Shown piece by piece: positions 9,506 through 17,696 of a DNA stretch of 64,000 nucleotides. This DNA is from Parcubacteria group bacterium Greene0416_36. Its GTDB lineage: Bacteria > Patescibacteriota > Patescibacteriia > VMEV01. Numbering within the stretch: the stretch's first letter is position 1; every line of letters begins with the position of its first letter. The DNA lies in NCBI GenBank assembly GCA_007375725.1, contig VMEV01000001.1, positions 15,503-79,502 of the forward strand, written 5' to 3'. The notes under the pieces are model-generated. The model did no database searches. It had not been told where the DNA came from and saw only the letters and a program-made list of their open reading frames with translations. Position numbers and translations under genes: made by a program.

Positions 9506-10066
9506 TTATTTTTCCGCAATTTGTTTGTGCCAAATGCGGTACTTATCTCCAGATGAGCATTCCCATCCCAGAGCACCCAGATCTAAATTCACCACCCAAT
9601 TATTCAGCTCCTCTTTCAAGGTAAATTTGAGCAGTTTCTCATACCGAGTAACCTCCATTCTGAGATAAGGATATGATTTGCTCTTATCCGCAGGAACCTT
9701 TAAATCAACGAGGAATTTAAAGGAAGCACTCTTCAAAAAAGTCATTGCTTCCTGCTCTACCTGGGCGAGAAGATTATAACAAGCCCTTTCCTGTAAAATC
9801 TCAGTTGCCTGGACTTTCAAAGCCTCCAGATCTTTTTTGTAGATTTTCAACAAACTCTGACTATTTTCTTCAGACAAATCAACTGATTCTCCGGACAAGC
9901 TGAGAAAACGGTCATCAATGTCCACAAAAAACTTCGATTGAATTCCCAGCACGGTCAAAACATACTGAAAATTCTGTGGTTTTTTTTCACCCAAACACAC
10001 TAAAAACAGAATCAATCGGTCCACTTCGGAAATATCGCTTCTCTTGAAAAAATTACTCGCACTCAT
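9506..10066 (-). CDS. Hypothetical protein
   Basis: 186-aa ORF with AAGGAG SD; no motif recognised. Confidence 0.65.
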   Translation of the reverse strand: MSASNFFKRSDISEVDRLILFLVCLGEKKPQNFQYVLTVLGIQSKFFVDIDDRFLSLSGESVDLSEENSQSLLKIYKKDLEALKVQATEILQERACYNLLAQVEQEAMTFLKSASFKFLVDLKVPADKSKSYPYLRMEVTRYEKLLKFTLKEELNNWVVNLDLGALGWECSSGDKYRIWHKQIAEK

Positions 10067-10127
10067 TATAGAGCTCCTTTATCAAAAAAAATAAAATCAA
10101 AACCTCAAGAAAGTTAACACAAAAATA

Positions 10128-11279
10128 TTATCTTGTCAATACCCCCCTCGTCTCCCTCGCACACCTCTCCCACGAAAAATCACGAAGCCGAATCTTGCCC
10201 TTCTCGATCAAATCCCTCTTTAATGCCTCATTTTTTAAAATCCCCGCTATTTTCTCCGCCATATCCTCCACCGAATGCGGATCAAAATAGAGGGCGCCGT
10301 CACGGGCCACTTCCGGAATCGAAGCAATATGAGACGCGACCAGAGGAGTCCCCGCCGTAAACGCCTCCAGAATCGGAATCCCAAACCCTTCATACAATGA
10401 TGGAAACACAAAACAATCAGCACCTTTCATCAGATGAGGTAAGTCGGATTGGGGGACCCAGCCGGGAAACAACAAATCCCTCCCCAACCCTCCCTTTGAC
10501 AAGGGAGGGGGTAGCAGCCTCCCCCTTGTCAAAGGGGGATTGAGGGGGATTTGTTGCTCTATCTCCTCCCACCCCGTCCCCTTCCCTCCCGCCAAAACCA
10601 ATTTATGAGGGATCTGATACTTCTCTTTCAAAATCCGAAACGCGCGAATCAAGCCAACGACATTTTTCTTTTTCTCCAGACGCCCGACATAAAATAAATA
10701 CGGACCCTCAACATATTTTCGGACAATCTCCGACGTTTTATTCCAATCTGTTTTTTTATAAAGCTCCTCATCATATGACTGATACACTACGGAGATTTTG
10801 GACTCCGGAATCCGATAGCGCGCGATCATTTCCTGCCGCGAAAACTCCGAAATCGTGATGATGTGGCGCGCGCGGCGGACAGCCAGTCGCATGGTGAACC
10901 GGTGATAGGCCAGTTCTTTCCAGGAGTACAGTTCTGGAAAAGTCTCAAAACCGATATCGTGGCAGGTGGTGACGGTATTTTGTGGACTGATGATCGGCAA
11001 GGTATGCGCGGGGACAAATAAGACATCGGGAGCATCTGAGAGCATCTCCAGCGACAATCTCCCCTGTGTCCAGAGATATTTCGGCGGCCAATTCAAATAC
11101 TTCACCTTAAAATTCTCCGGCCAAACCGAAAAATCCGAGAGGAGCGGATCTCTCGTATATAACCGATATTGATTCTCGCGGTCCAATCGCGCCAAAGCAC
11201 GAATCAGATGATACGAATACCATTCAGTACCGGTACGTTTGGGTTTATTGGCGCGGGAAGCGTCGATGCCGATTAACAT
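10128..11279 (-). CDS. GT4 (group 1) glycosyltransferase, with an in-frame repeat insertion
   Basis: MLIGIDAS start, TGTEWY, GRLEKKKN, FPSLYEGFGIPILEA. Confidence 0.93.
   Translation of the reverse strand: MLIGIDASRANKPKRTGTEWYSYHLIRALARLDRENQYRLYTRDPLLSDFSVWPENFKVKYLNWPPKYLWTQGRLSLEMLSDAPDVLFVPAHTLPIISPQNTVTTCHDIGFETFPELYSWKELAYHRFTMRLAVRRARHIITISEFSRQEMIARYRIPESKISVVYQSYDEELYKKTDWNKTSEIVRKYVEGPYLFYVGRLEKKKNVVGLIRAFRILKEKYQIPHKLVLAGGKGTGWEEIEQQIPLNPPLTRGRLLPPPLSKGGLGRDLLFPGWVPQSDLPHLMKGADCFVFPSLYEGFGIPILEAFTAGTPLVASHIASIPEVARDGALYFDPHSVEDMAEKIAGILKNEALKRDLIEKGKIRLRDFSWERCARETRGVLTR
10470..10556. repeat. 87-bp double-hairpin element inserted in-frame in the glycosyltransferase
   Basis: Near-identical to 11301-11387; 29 codons, QQIPLNPPLTRGRLLPPPLSKGGLGRDLL. 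Confidence 0.92.
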
Positions 11280-11300
11280 AATTAAACAACAAACAGCCAA

Positions 11301-11387
11301 CAACAAATCCCTCCCCAACCCTCCCTTTGACAAGGGAGGGGGTAGCAACCTCCCCCTTGTCAAAGGGGGATTGAGGGGGATTTGTTG
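11301..11387. repeat. 87-bp double-hairpin element, intergenic copy
   Basis: caacaaatccctccccaaccctccctttgacaagggaggg...gggggatttgttg. Confidence 0.92.
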
Positions 11388-11401
11388 TTTATTTTTTATT
11401 C

Positions 11402-11737
11402 TTAATTGTTTTTCGCCCTCACCCCTTCCTTCTGATCCTTGGCATGCAGTTTCTCCTTCGCTTTCTTAAGTTCCATTTCCAGTATTTTCTTGACTTCGAC
11501 GACAGCTTCGTCCAGATTCTTCGCCACACTCTCGGCGCGGATCAGATCACCGGCATTGAGATTCACAATCGCGCGAAATACATCACCTTTGTGATGATGA
11601 GTCGTTTTCTCGACTTCCACTCGGCCATCAATGATTCTGGAGTAGAATTTATCGAGATTGCCGATCTTGTCCTCGATCAAAGACTTGATGGCTGGAGTCA
11701 GGTCAAAATTTTTGGCGGAAATATGAAGAGTGATCAT
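11402..11737 (-). CDS. raiA: Ribosome hibernation factor HPF/RaiA
   Basis: ISAKNFDLTPAIKSLIEDKI..LDKF, HHHKGDVF, IRAES. Confidence 0.88.
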   Translation of the reverse strand: MITLHISAKNFDLTPAIKSLIEDKIGNLDKFYSRIIDGRVEVEKTTHHHKGDVFRAIVNLNAGDLIRAESVAKNLDEAVVEVKKILEMELKKAKEKLHAKDQKEGVRAKNN

Positions 11738-11744
11738 AAAAACC

Positions 11745-11825
11745 AATTAAAAATTAAAAATGCAAAATTAAAAATGAATAAAAAAGCTGTTTCATTCTTA
11801 ATTTTTAATTATTAATTTTGAATTT
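11745..11825. repeat. Inverted arrays of ~7-bp tandem repeats
   Basis: aattaaaaattaaaaatgcaaaattaaaaatg ... cattcttaatttttaattattaattttgaattt. Confidence 0.65.
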
Positions 11826-12471
11826 AAAACCCCACCATCCTTATCCTCTCTCTCAGCTGCACCCCGTGCTGGTCGCGGACTTGCTGTTTGACATAGGAAA
11901 TGAGCATAACGGCGTGATTGGCGGTGCCTTTTCCCAAATTCACGAAAAAATTCGCGTCTTCTTCCGGCACCAGAATATCACCCATTTTTTTCCCCCGCAA
12001 ACCGGCTTTGGCCAATAAGTAGGAAGCGGGGATTTTTCCCGATTTACGAAAACCGTCATGTTCTTCCATGCAGTCACGAAGAATATCGTTTTTAAGCGCG
12101 CCCTGTTTGTCATTGGCGAGTTCACACGAATCCGGTTTGAGGACCACATCTTCAAATAAAGGCCCCGCATACCCAGCCAGTCCCGAAAAACGTGAATCAT
12201 CCGGAATTTCTGGCGTAGGATAAAATAGCACCACGGATTTGATCGCTCCATTATTACAGATCACGGGTTCTCCTTGAGGCAGTAAAAAAGAACTGATCTT
12301 CTCCAATTCAAGCTTTCGCACAGCCTCTTCGGCCTCTTGTTTGGATGACATCTTCAAACAATACAAAGCCGTCCCACCTACTTTTAAAGTGGTATACGGG
12401 GCGAGGGGCTCATTGAGGAGTAATTTTTCTTGGAAATTTTGTTGGAGAAAATGAAGGGGGTCCATAAGCAT
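11824..12471 (-). CDS. murB: Degenerate, shortened MurB-like protein
   Basis: EPLAPYTTLKVGGTA N-terminus and DANFFVNLG..TA C-terminus; downstream of murC; GxGSN motif and central region missing. Confidence 0.75.
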   Translation of the reverse strand: MLMDPLHFLQQNFQEKLLLNEPLAPYTTLKVGGTALYCLKMSSKQEAEEAVRKLELEKISSFLLPQGEPVICNNGAIKSVVLFYPTPEIPDDSRFSGLAGYAGPLFEDVVLKPDSCELANDKQGALKNDILRDCMEEHDGFRKSGKIPASYLLAKAGLRGKKMGDILVPEEDANFFVNLGKGTANHAVMLISYVKQQVRDQHGVQLRERIRMVGF

Positions 12472-12536
12472 GTCATGGTGAGCCTGTCGAACCATCTCTC
12501 TGTAAATGAAGATCCTTCGACAGGCTCAGGATGACA
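12471..12536. repeat. TGTCAT..GAGCCTGTCGAA inverted-repeat element
   Basis: tgtcatggtgagcctgtcgaaccat ... atccttcgacaggctcaggatgaca fills the murC-murB gap. Confidence 0.8.
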
Positions 12537-12540
12537 AGTT

Positions 12541-13920
12541 TTATTTTTTTAAAAACTTCCTCGCCACCCTGCCCGCGTCCCCAGCCCCCATAAACACAAT
12601 CACATCTCCTTTTTGAGTACTTTTCTCTAACCAGGCCTCAACCTCATCAAGAGTGGGCACAAAATAAGCGGTTTTTCCGATTTTAGAAATTTCAGCCACA
12701 ACTGAGGCTCCGGTAATCGTCCCTTTGGCTTCTCGGGCAGAGGCATAAATATCCGTCACCACGGTCACATCCGCGTCCAAAAAGGCTCCTCCGAAACCAG
12801 CGAGCAAGGCTTCGGTTCTCGAAAAGGTATGGGGCTGAAACACGGCTACAATCCGACGTCCGGGATAAAATTCACGGAGCGCGTCTAGAGATGCCTCGAT
12901 TTTCTGCGGATTATGAGCATAGTCATCGATGACTAGCACTCCATTCTTCTCCCCCAATACCTCCAGCCGCCGCTCCACCCCGCCATAAGAAGCCAAGGAA
13001 GACTGAATGGTTCCAAAAGGCACTTGCAAAGCGCGAGCGAGCGCAATAGCGCCGAGAGCATTGTGAACATTGTGACGGCCCGGAACACGAAGCGACATCT
13101 CCGCGGACCCCACGTCAAACAAAATATGCCCTTTTTCTACTCGGACTTTCTCTCCTCGAATCTGCGCCTTGGGTGAAAATCCAAAGGTCACGAGTTTGCA
13201 TTTGGCACGGGAGACGATGGTCTCGACAATCGGATGATCGATTCCAGCGACCAAGATTCCGTCCTTGGGCAAGAGGCCAATGAACTCTTCAAATACTTTT
13301 TGATAATCCGCTGGAGTGGGAAAACAATCGGGATGTTCCCAATCAATATTATTTAGCACTATGGCTCGAGGACGATACTGCAGAAACTTTTTCTGATATT
13401 CATCCGACTCCAGAATAAAATGATCGCCGCCACCCACCAAAGCATTCCCCCCCAGTTGAGGCACATTCGCGCCGATAATGGCCTTGGGATCCAGCCCCGC
13501 GTCCTTGAGAATACAAGCGAGCATAGCGGTGGTCGTGGTTTTGCCATGCGAACCACACACGGAAATACCAAAAGGGCTCGCGTTGAACAAAAGGGCAACA
13601 GCCTGCGGATACGACAATGCCTCAATTTTCTGTTCCATCACCCAGCCTAATTCGGGATTCGTCTCGGGCCGATAGGCCGTGGAATAGATGACACCTTGAC
13701 CTGGTAAGGGCGTATTGCAATACGCCCTTACATGTGCCACCGAAAACCCCTCATGAACTTCTATTCCCGACTTCGCCAATACGGCATCCGTGCCGAATTT
13801 CTCCGCCACGTCCGAACCTGTTACCCGAATTCCCATGGACTGGAGCATTTGAGCCAAAGCCGTCATGCCCACGCCTTTAACCCCGATCATATATACCGAT
13901 TTTATTCGCGAGAAATCCAT
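12541..13920 (-). CDS. murC: UDP-N-acetylmuramate--L-alanine ligase
   Basis: GVKGVGM, GSHGKTTT, ESDEY, DWEHPD, DDYAHNP, FQPHTFSRT. Confidence 0.96.
   Translation of the reverse strand: MDFSRIKSVYMIGVKGVGMTALAQMLQSMGIRVTGSDVAEKFGTDAVLAKSGIEVHEGFSVAHVRAYCNTPLPGQGVIYSTAYRPETNPELGWVMEQKIEALSYPQAVALLFNASPFGISVCGSHGKTTTTAMLACILKDAGLDPKAIIGANVPQLGGNALVGGGDHFILESDEYQKKFLQYRPRAIVLNNIDWEHPDCFPTPADYQKVFEEFIGLLPKDGILVAGIDHPIVETIVSRAKCKLVTFGFSPKAQIRGEKVRVEKGHILFDVGSAEMSLRVPGRHNVHNALGAIALARALQVPFGTIQSSLASYGGVERRLEVLGEKNGVLVIDDYAHNPQKIEASLDALREFYPGRRIVAVFQPHTFSRTEALLAGFGGAFLDADVTVVTDIYASAREAKGTITGASVVAEISKIGKTAYFVPTLDEVEAWLEKSTQKGDVIVFMGAGDAGRVARKFLKK
13704..13731. repeat. 28-bp perfect palindrome (GTAAGGGC-type REP) in-frame in murC
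   Basis: GTAAGGGCGTATTG|CAATACGCCCTTAC, encoding VRAYCNTPL. Confidence 0.85.
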
Positions 13921-14020
13921 AAATTTCTCTTATTTTAGCATCTATCAAGATAAAAATCCAAATAAAAAAAGAACCGAAAATATTTTCGATTCTTTTTCTA
14001 ATTCCACAAAAAGGGCTTGG

Positions 14021-14049
14021 TTGACAGGCGGGATTCTTTGACGTATACT
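14021..14049 (+). promoter_or_regulatory. Sigma70 promoter of antisense RNA copy 1
   Basis: TTGACA-17 bp-TATACT, conserved in copy 2. Confidence 0.85.
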
Positions 14050-14055
14050 AATATA

Positions 14056-14166
14056 AAGTTGTAAACAAGGTATCTGATCCAACTATAGGATCTACTTGCA
14101 TGGACTTGTTTACAGACTTCATATTTTACTTTGCTTCAAAGAGTCCTATGGCTATAGGATTCTTTT
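14056..14166 (+). ncRNA. Candidate antitoxin antisense RNA copy 1 (~110 nt)
   Basis: Promoter upstream; stem TGTAAACAAG/CTTGTTTACA; terminator AAAGAGTCCTAT-GGCT-ATAGGATTCTTTT overlapping the peptide stop codon. Confidence 0.7.
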
Positions 14167-14226
14167 AGTTTTAATTGCAATTACTATAAGTAAAAACAAG
14201 GTTAAAACTAAAATGGTTTGATCCAT
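14152..14226 (-). CDS. 24-aa hydrophobic peptide MDQTILVLTLFLLIVIAIKTKRIL, candidate type I toxin copy 1
   Basis: SD GAAAGGGGGTGA 8 nt upstream; identical peptide in copy 2 with three synonymous changes. Confidence 0.85.
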   Translation of the reverse strand: MDQTILVLTLFLLIVIAIKTKRIL

Positions 14227-14398
14227 AACACCTATCACCCCCTTTCCTGAGTTAATGACTCAAGATCCGGATCAGATACGCAAGTATTTCAACTTAACCT
14301 ACCAACACAAATTTGCAAGGTCGTTTTATCCCCAAAAATTCGAATAAAAAAAGAACCGAAATTTATTTCGGTCCGCACTTTCCAGACTATTAAAAGTT

Positions 14399-14698
14399 TC
14401 ACAACTGGCTCAATAGTTTTTTGAGCTGTTCGACGGCGACGGGATTCTTACCGGCTACTTTTTTAATCGTCGTTCTATAATCAGCCGCCATCAAAATATG
14501 ACACTTTTCTCGATTGGCTTTATAAAATGCAAAAGCCTCATCAATGGCAGCCGGTAAGATATAGTGATATTTTTCCTTAATGGATTGAATGGTACTATGC
14601 GTCATGTGCCAATCCATAACCAAGCGAATAACCTTCATTTTAGAGCCATTCATGATAGGCTCCCCTTTTTCATTTAATGAAATGTATTGATAAGACAT
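14399..14698 (-). CDS. DUF433-like protein (antitoxin-type HTH), orphan
   Basis: GEPIMNGSKMKV..LV.....I...Y......IDEAFAFY pattern; AGGAGA SD before ATG 14698. Confidence 0.7.
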   Translation of the reverse strand: MSYQYISLNEKGEPIMNGSKMKVIRLVMDWHMTHSTIQSIKEKYHYILPAAIDEAFAFYKANREKCHILMAADYRTTIKKVAGKNPVAVEQLKKLLSQL

Positions 14699-14797
14699 GA
14701 TCCATCTCCTGAACAAAAAATTACTCCGTACTTCCAAAACACACTAAAAAATAGCATATTGCGGGAAACAAGACAACCCCACCTAATCAAAATCCGT

Positions 14798-15880
14798 CTA
14801 AAAAGCTTTCCTCACCACCTCCGCCATCTTCTCCGCCCCATCTAATGGCATAATTCCCTTTAAATTAGATTTCAGCTTCGCGGATTCGCTGGGGTCGAGC
14901 AATAATCGCACGGCCACAACAAGATCCCTCGGCAATAATCCTTTTTGAGGCAAAACGCGAATGGCGCCTTTTTCTTCGAGGAATCGGGCATTATTTTCTT
15001 GGTGGGAGTCGGGGATGGGGATAATGATCGAGGGTTTGCCGAGGGCGATGATCTCGGAGAGAGAGCCGATGCCAGCGCGGGAGACCACGAGGTCAGCCGA
15101 GGCATAGGCATCGCCCATCGACTCCATCAAAAACTCAAATCGGCGATAATTTTTATCAATGAGAGGATCTTTGGGGACGGGATGATCCAAGTCCTTGCCT
15201 TTGCCGGTGATATGAATCACCTGGGTCCATTGGAGCAAATCGGGAAGGGCTTTATAGACCAGATGATTGATGCCGGAAGCCCCGGTCCCTCCGCCAAAAA
15301 TTAAGGTCACTGGCATTTCGGAATTGAAATTTAAATTTTTAAAGGCGCGATCTTTATTGCCCTCCACTATTTCTTTTCGAATCGGCTGGCCGGTCCAAAT
15401 AGCTTTATTTTTAGGAAAATCTTCGAGCGATTTTTCAAATACCGTTGTGATTTTAGTAGCAAAAGGGGCCATCAGTTTATTGGCGAGTCCAACTAAAATA
15501 TCCTGTTGATGAACGAATATGGGAATGCGAAGAATCCATCCAGCCCAAACTACAGGCACGGCCACAAATCCGCCGGCCGTGAGAATCGCTTTCGGCCGAT
15601 TGAAGAGCAAATACGCAAGACTATACAAAAAAGCCCCGCCAAGGCGAAAAAAATCCGTGATATTTCGCCAGTCCCAATAACGGCGCATTTTCCCGGAGGG
15701 AATCGCCACAAATCGAATCCCCTGCTTTTCCACGACCTCTTTCTCCGGTCCTTCTTTCGTCCCCATCCATACCGGCTCCCACTCCCCCTCGTCGCGAAGT
15801 TCTTGCCATACGGCCAAAAGAGGGACCACGGGCCCTAGGGTTCCTCCGCCGGAGAATAAAATTTTATTTTTCTTGCTCAT
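14798..15880 (-). CDS. murG: Undecaprenyl-PP-MurNAc-pentapeptide GlcNAc transferase
   Basis: GGGTLGPV, GGFVAVP, HQQD, FGGGTGA, SRAG, HQENNA; start ATG 15880. Confidence 0.95.
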   Translation of the reverse strand: MSKKNKILFSGGGTLGPVVPLLAVWQELRDEGEWEPVWMGTKEGPEKEVVEKQGIRFVAIPSGKMRRYWDWRNITDFFRLGGAFLYSLAYLLFNRPKAILTAGGFVAVPVVWAGWILRIPIFVHQQDILVGLANKLMAPFATKITTVFEKSLEDFPKNKAIWTGQPIRKEIVEGNKDRAFKNLNFNSEMPVTLIFGGGTGASGINHLVYKALPDLLQWTQVIHITGKGKDLDHPVPKDPLIDKNYRRFEFLMESMGDAYASADLVVSRAGIGSLSEIIALGKPSIIIPIPDSHQENNARFLEEKGAIRVLPQKGLLPRDLVVAVRLLLDPSESAKLKSNLKGIMPLDGAEKMAEVVRKAF

Positions 15881-15936
15881 AAAATTCCCCTTTTCACTCA
15901 CGATAACATGTAAATAAGGTAAACAAAATAGCCCTC

Positions 15937-15974
15937 CCCGCTTCGCCCTAAGGCGGGCTACGCGGGGCAAGCCC
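15937..15974. repeat. CCCCGCTTCGC...GCTACGCGGGGCA palindromic element
   Basis: Second, longer copy at ~63449-63502. Confidence 0.7.
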
Positions 15975-16014
15975 CGGTTGGGAAAGCTATCTTTTTTTTC
16001 ATAAAAGGGATTGG

Positions 16015-16043
16015 TTGACAGAGCGGATTCTTTGACGTATACT
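16015..16043 (+). promoter_or_regulatory. Sigma70 promoter of antisense RNA copy 2
   Basis: TTGACA-17 bp-TATACT. Confidence 0.85.
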
Positions 16044-16049
16044 CAGATA

Positions 16050-16156
16050 AAGTTGTAAACAAGATACCCGATATCTTTTGTGTCTACTTGCACGGACTTG
16101 CTTACAGACTTCACCTCACGTTTGTTTAGAGAATCCTACCCTATAGGATTCTTTTT
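16050..16156 (+). ncRNA. Candidate antitoxin antisense RNA copy 2
   Basis: Same layout as copy 1; terminator AGAGAATCCTA-CCCTA-TAGGATTCTTTTT. Confidence 0.7.
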
Positions 16157-16215
16157 GTTTTAATTGCAATTACTATAAGTAAAAACAAAGTTAAAACTAA
16201 AATAGTTTGATCCAT
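16141..16215 (-). CDS. 24-aa hydrophobic peptide MDQTILVLTLFLLIVIAIKTKRIL, candidate type I toxin copy 2
   Basis: SD GAAAGGGGGTGA 11 nt upstream; 75-bp ORF. Confidence 0.85.
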   Translation of the reverse strand: MDQTILVLTLFLLIVIAIKTKRIL

Positions 16216-16326
16216 AGTTCTCTGTCTCACCCCCTTTCCGAGTTTAATAACTCCAGACCCGGATCGGATACGCAAGTAATTCACATTACATCAAAGAATT
16301 ATATTTTCAATGCTGACTTATCCACC

Positions 16327-16358
16327 AAAAAAGAGCCACCTGAGGTGGCTCTTTTTTT
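16327..16358 (-). terminator. Intrinsic terminator after ftsW
   Basis: AAAAAAGAGCCACC-TGA-GGTGGCTCTTTTTT. Confidence 0.8.
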
Positions 16359-17493
16359 ATCGAAACGAGCGTTTTCCACGGCTATCTCCCCCCTGCCTGG
16401 AAATATTAATCAAGATGCCGATCGCGGCCATGGTCACGACGAGAGAAGAGGAACCGTAGCTCACGAGGGGAAGAGGCACACCAGTCAGAGGAATGAGACT
16501 GAGCATGGACGCGATATTGATGAAGGACTGGAAAATAATCCAGAAGGTGATCCCTGCGGCTAGGTATTTGCCGAAATCATCGGGGGCACAGTAGGCGGCT
16601 CGCAGGCCGCGAAAAAAAAGCCAGAGGAGAAGAAAAATAAAACACACCATCACCACAAAACCCATCTCTTCGGCAATCACGGCAAATATCGAATCCCCCA
16701 CCACCTCGGGCAGATACATCTGCTTTTGTATGGAGTTGCCCAGGCCTTTGCCCCAGAGTCCGCCAGATCCGATAGCAACCAAGGCTTGATTGATATGATA
16801 ACTGATGCCCTGCGGATCGGCTTCGGGATTCATGAAAGCCAGAATACGCGCGGCACGGTAAGGCGCGATTTTGACGAGCAGCCAAAATAGGAAGACGCCT
16901 CCAGCACCCAACAAAGCTAGATGCCTCCACGGAGCTCCGGCAATAAAATAAACCATCATCGAAAAGAAGACAATAATAGACATGGTTCCTACGTCCGGCT
17001 GGAGGATGATCAGAAACATCACGAGTCCCAAAGAACTCACGAATGGCACCAGCCCCGCGTGAAAATCCTGAATTTCGCGGGATCCTCTTTGCGCAAAAAA
17101 AGCCGCAATATAAATCAAAAATCCCAGTTTTACGGCCTCAGAAGGCTGAAATGAAAATCCTCCGATATGAATCCAGCGGCTCGCCCCCAACAATTCTGCG
17201 CCTAGCCCGGGCAAAAAAACGGACAAAAGAAGAATGATGGATCCCACAAAAAATGGAAAGGCCCATTTCTTCCACATTTTGTAATCCAGCATGGAAAAAA
17301 GGGTCATCACGATCAGTCCCGGGATCACACCCTGCAAGAGTTGATTTTTGAGATAATAGTAACTGTCTCCAAATTTTTGATATGCGACAGCATTGGATAC
17401 TGAAGAAAGCATGATCACCCCAAAAACAAGCAAAAACAAATATCCGCCCACCAATCCGTAATCAGGAGATTTCATTTTTTGGAAAAAAGACAT
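16357..17493 (-). CDS. ftsW: SEDS peptidoglycan polymerase FtsW
   Basis: GASRWI, FQPSE, LQPDVGT, GSGGLWGKGLG, PLTGVPLPLVSYG; upstream of murG. Confidence 0.95.
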   Translation of the reverse strand: MSFFQKMKSPDYGLVGGYLFLLVFGVIMLSSVSNAVAYQKFGDSYYYLKNQLLQGVIPGLIVMTLFSMLDYKMWKKWAFPFFVGSIILLLSVFLPGLGAELLGASRWIHIGGFSFQPSEAVKLGFLIYIAAFFAQRGSREIQDFHAGLVPFVSSLGLVMFLIILQPDVGTMSIIVFFSMMVYFIAGAPWRHLALLGAGGVFLFWLLVKIAPYRAARILAFMNPEADPQGISYHINQALVAIGSGGLWGKGLGNSIQKQMYLPEVVGDSIFAVIAEEMGFVVMVCFIFLLLWLFFRGLRAAYCAPDDFGKYLAAGITFWIIFQSFINIASMLSLIPLTGVPLPLVSYGSSSLVVTMAAIGILINISRQGGDSRGKRSFR

Positions 17494-17696
17494 AAGGGAA
17501 CAAACCCATCCCCAACCCCTCCCTTAACAAGGAAGGGCGTAAATCGAACCCTTTCGAAAATAAAAAGGGCCAGTGGGGTTTCTATTAGAATACTGGGATA
17601 CGAAAAATTAGGCAAAAAATGAATAAACCATCGCTATTGGGCGATGGCTATTTTGGAAAAGATAGAATTCCAATGCTATTAGTCTACCATTTTCTT

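Noticed and set aside
14056-14286. Bridge-RNA or guide-RNA reading of the loop segments matching nearby DNA
   Set aside because: No recombinase or nuclease nearby; the matches are better explained as G-U-tolerant intramolecular pairing in the minus-strand mRNA
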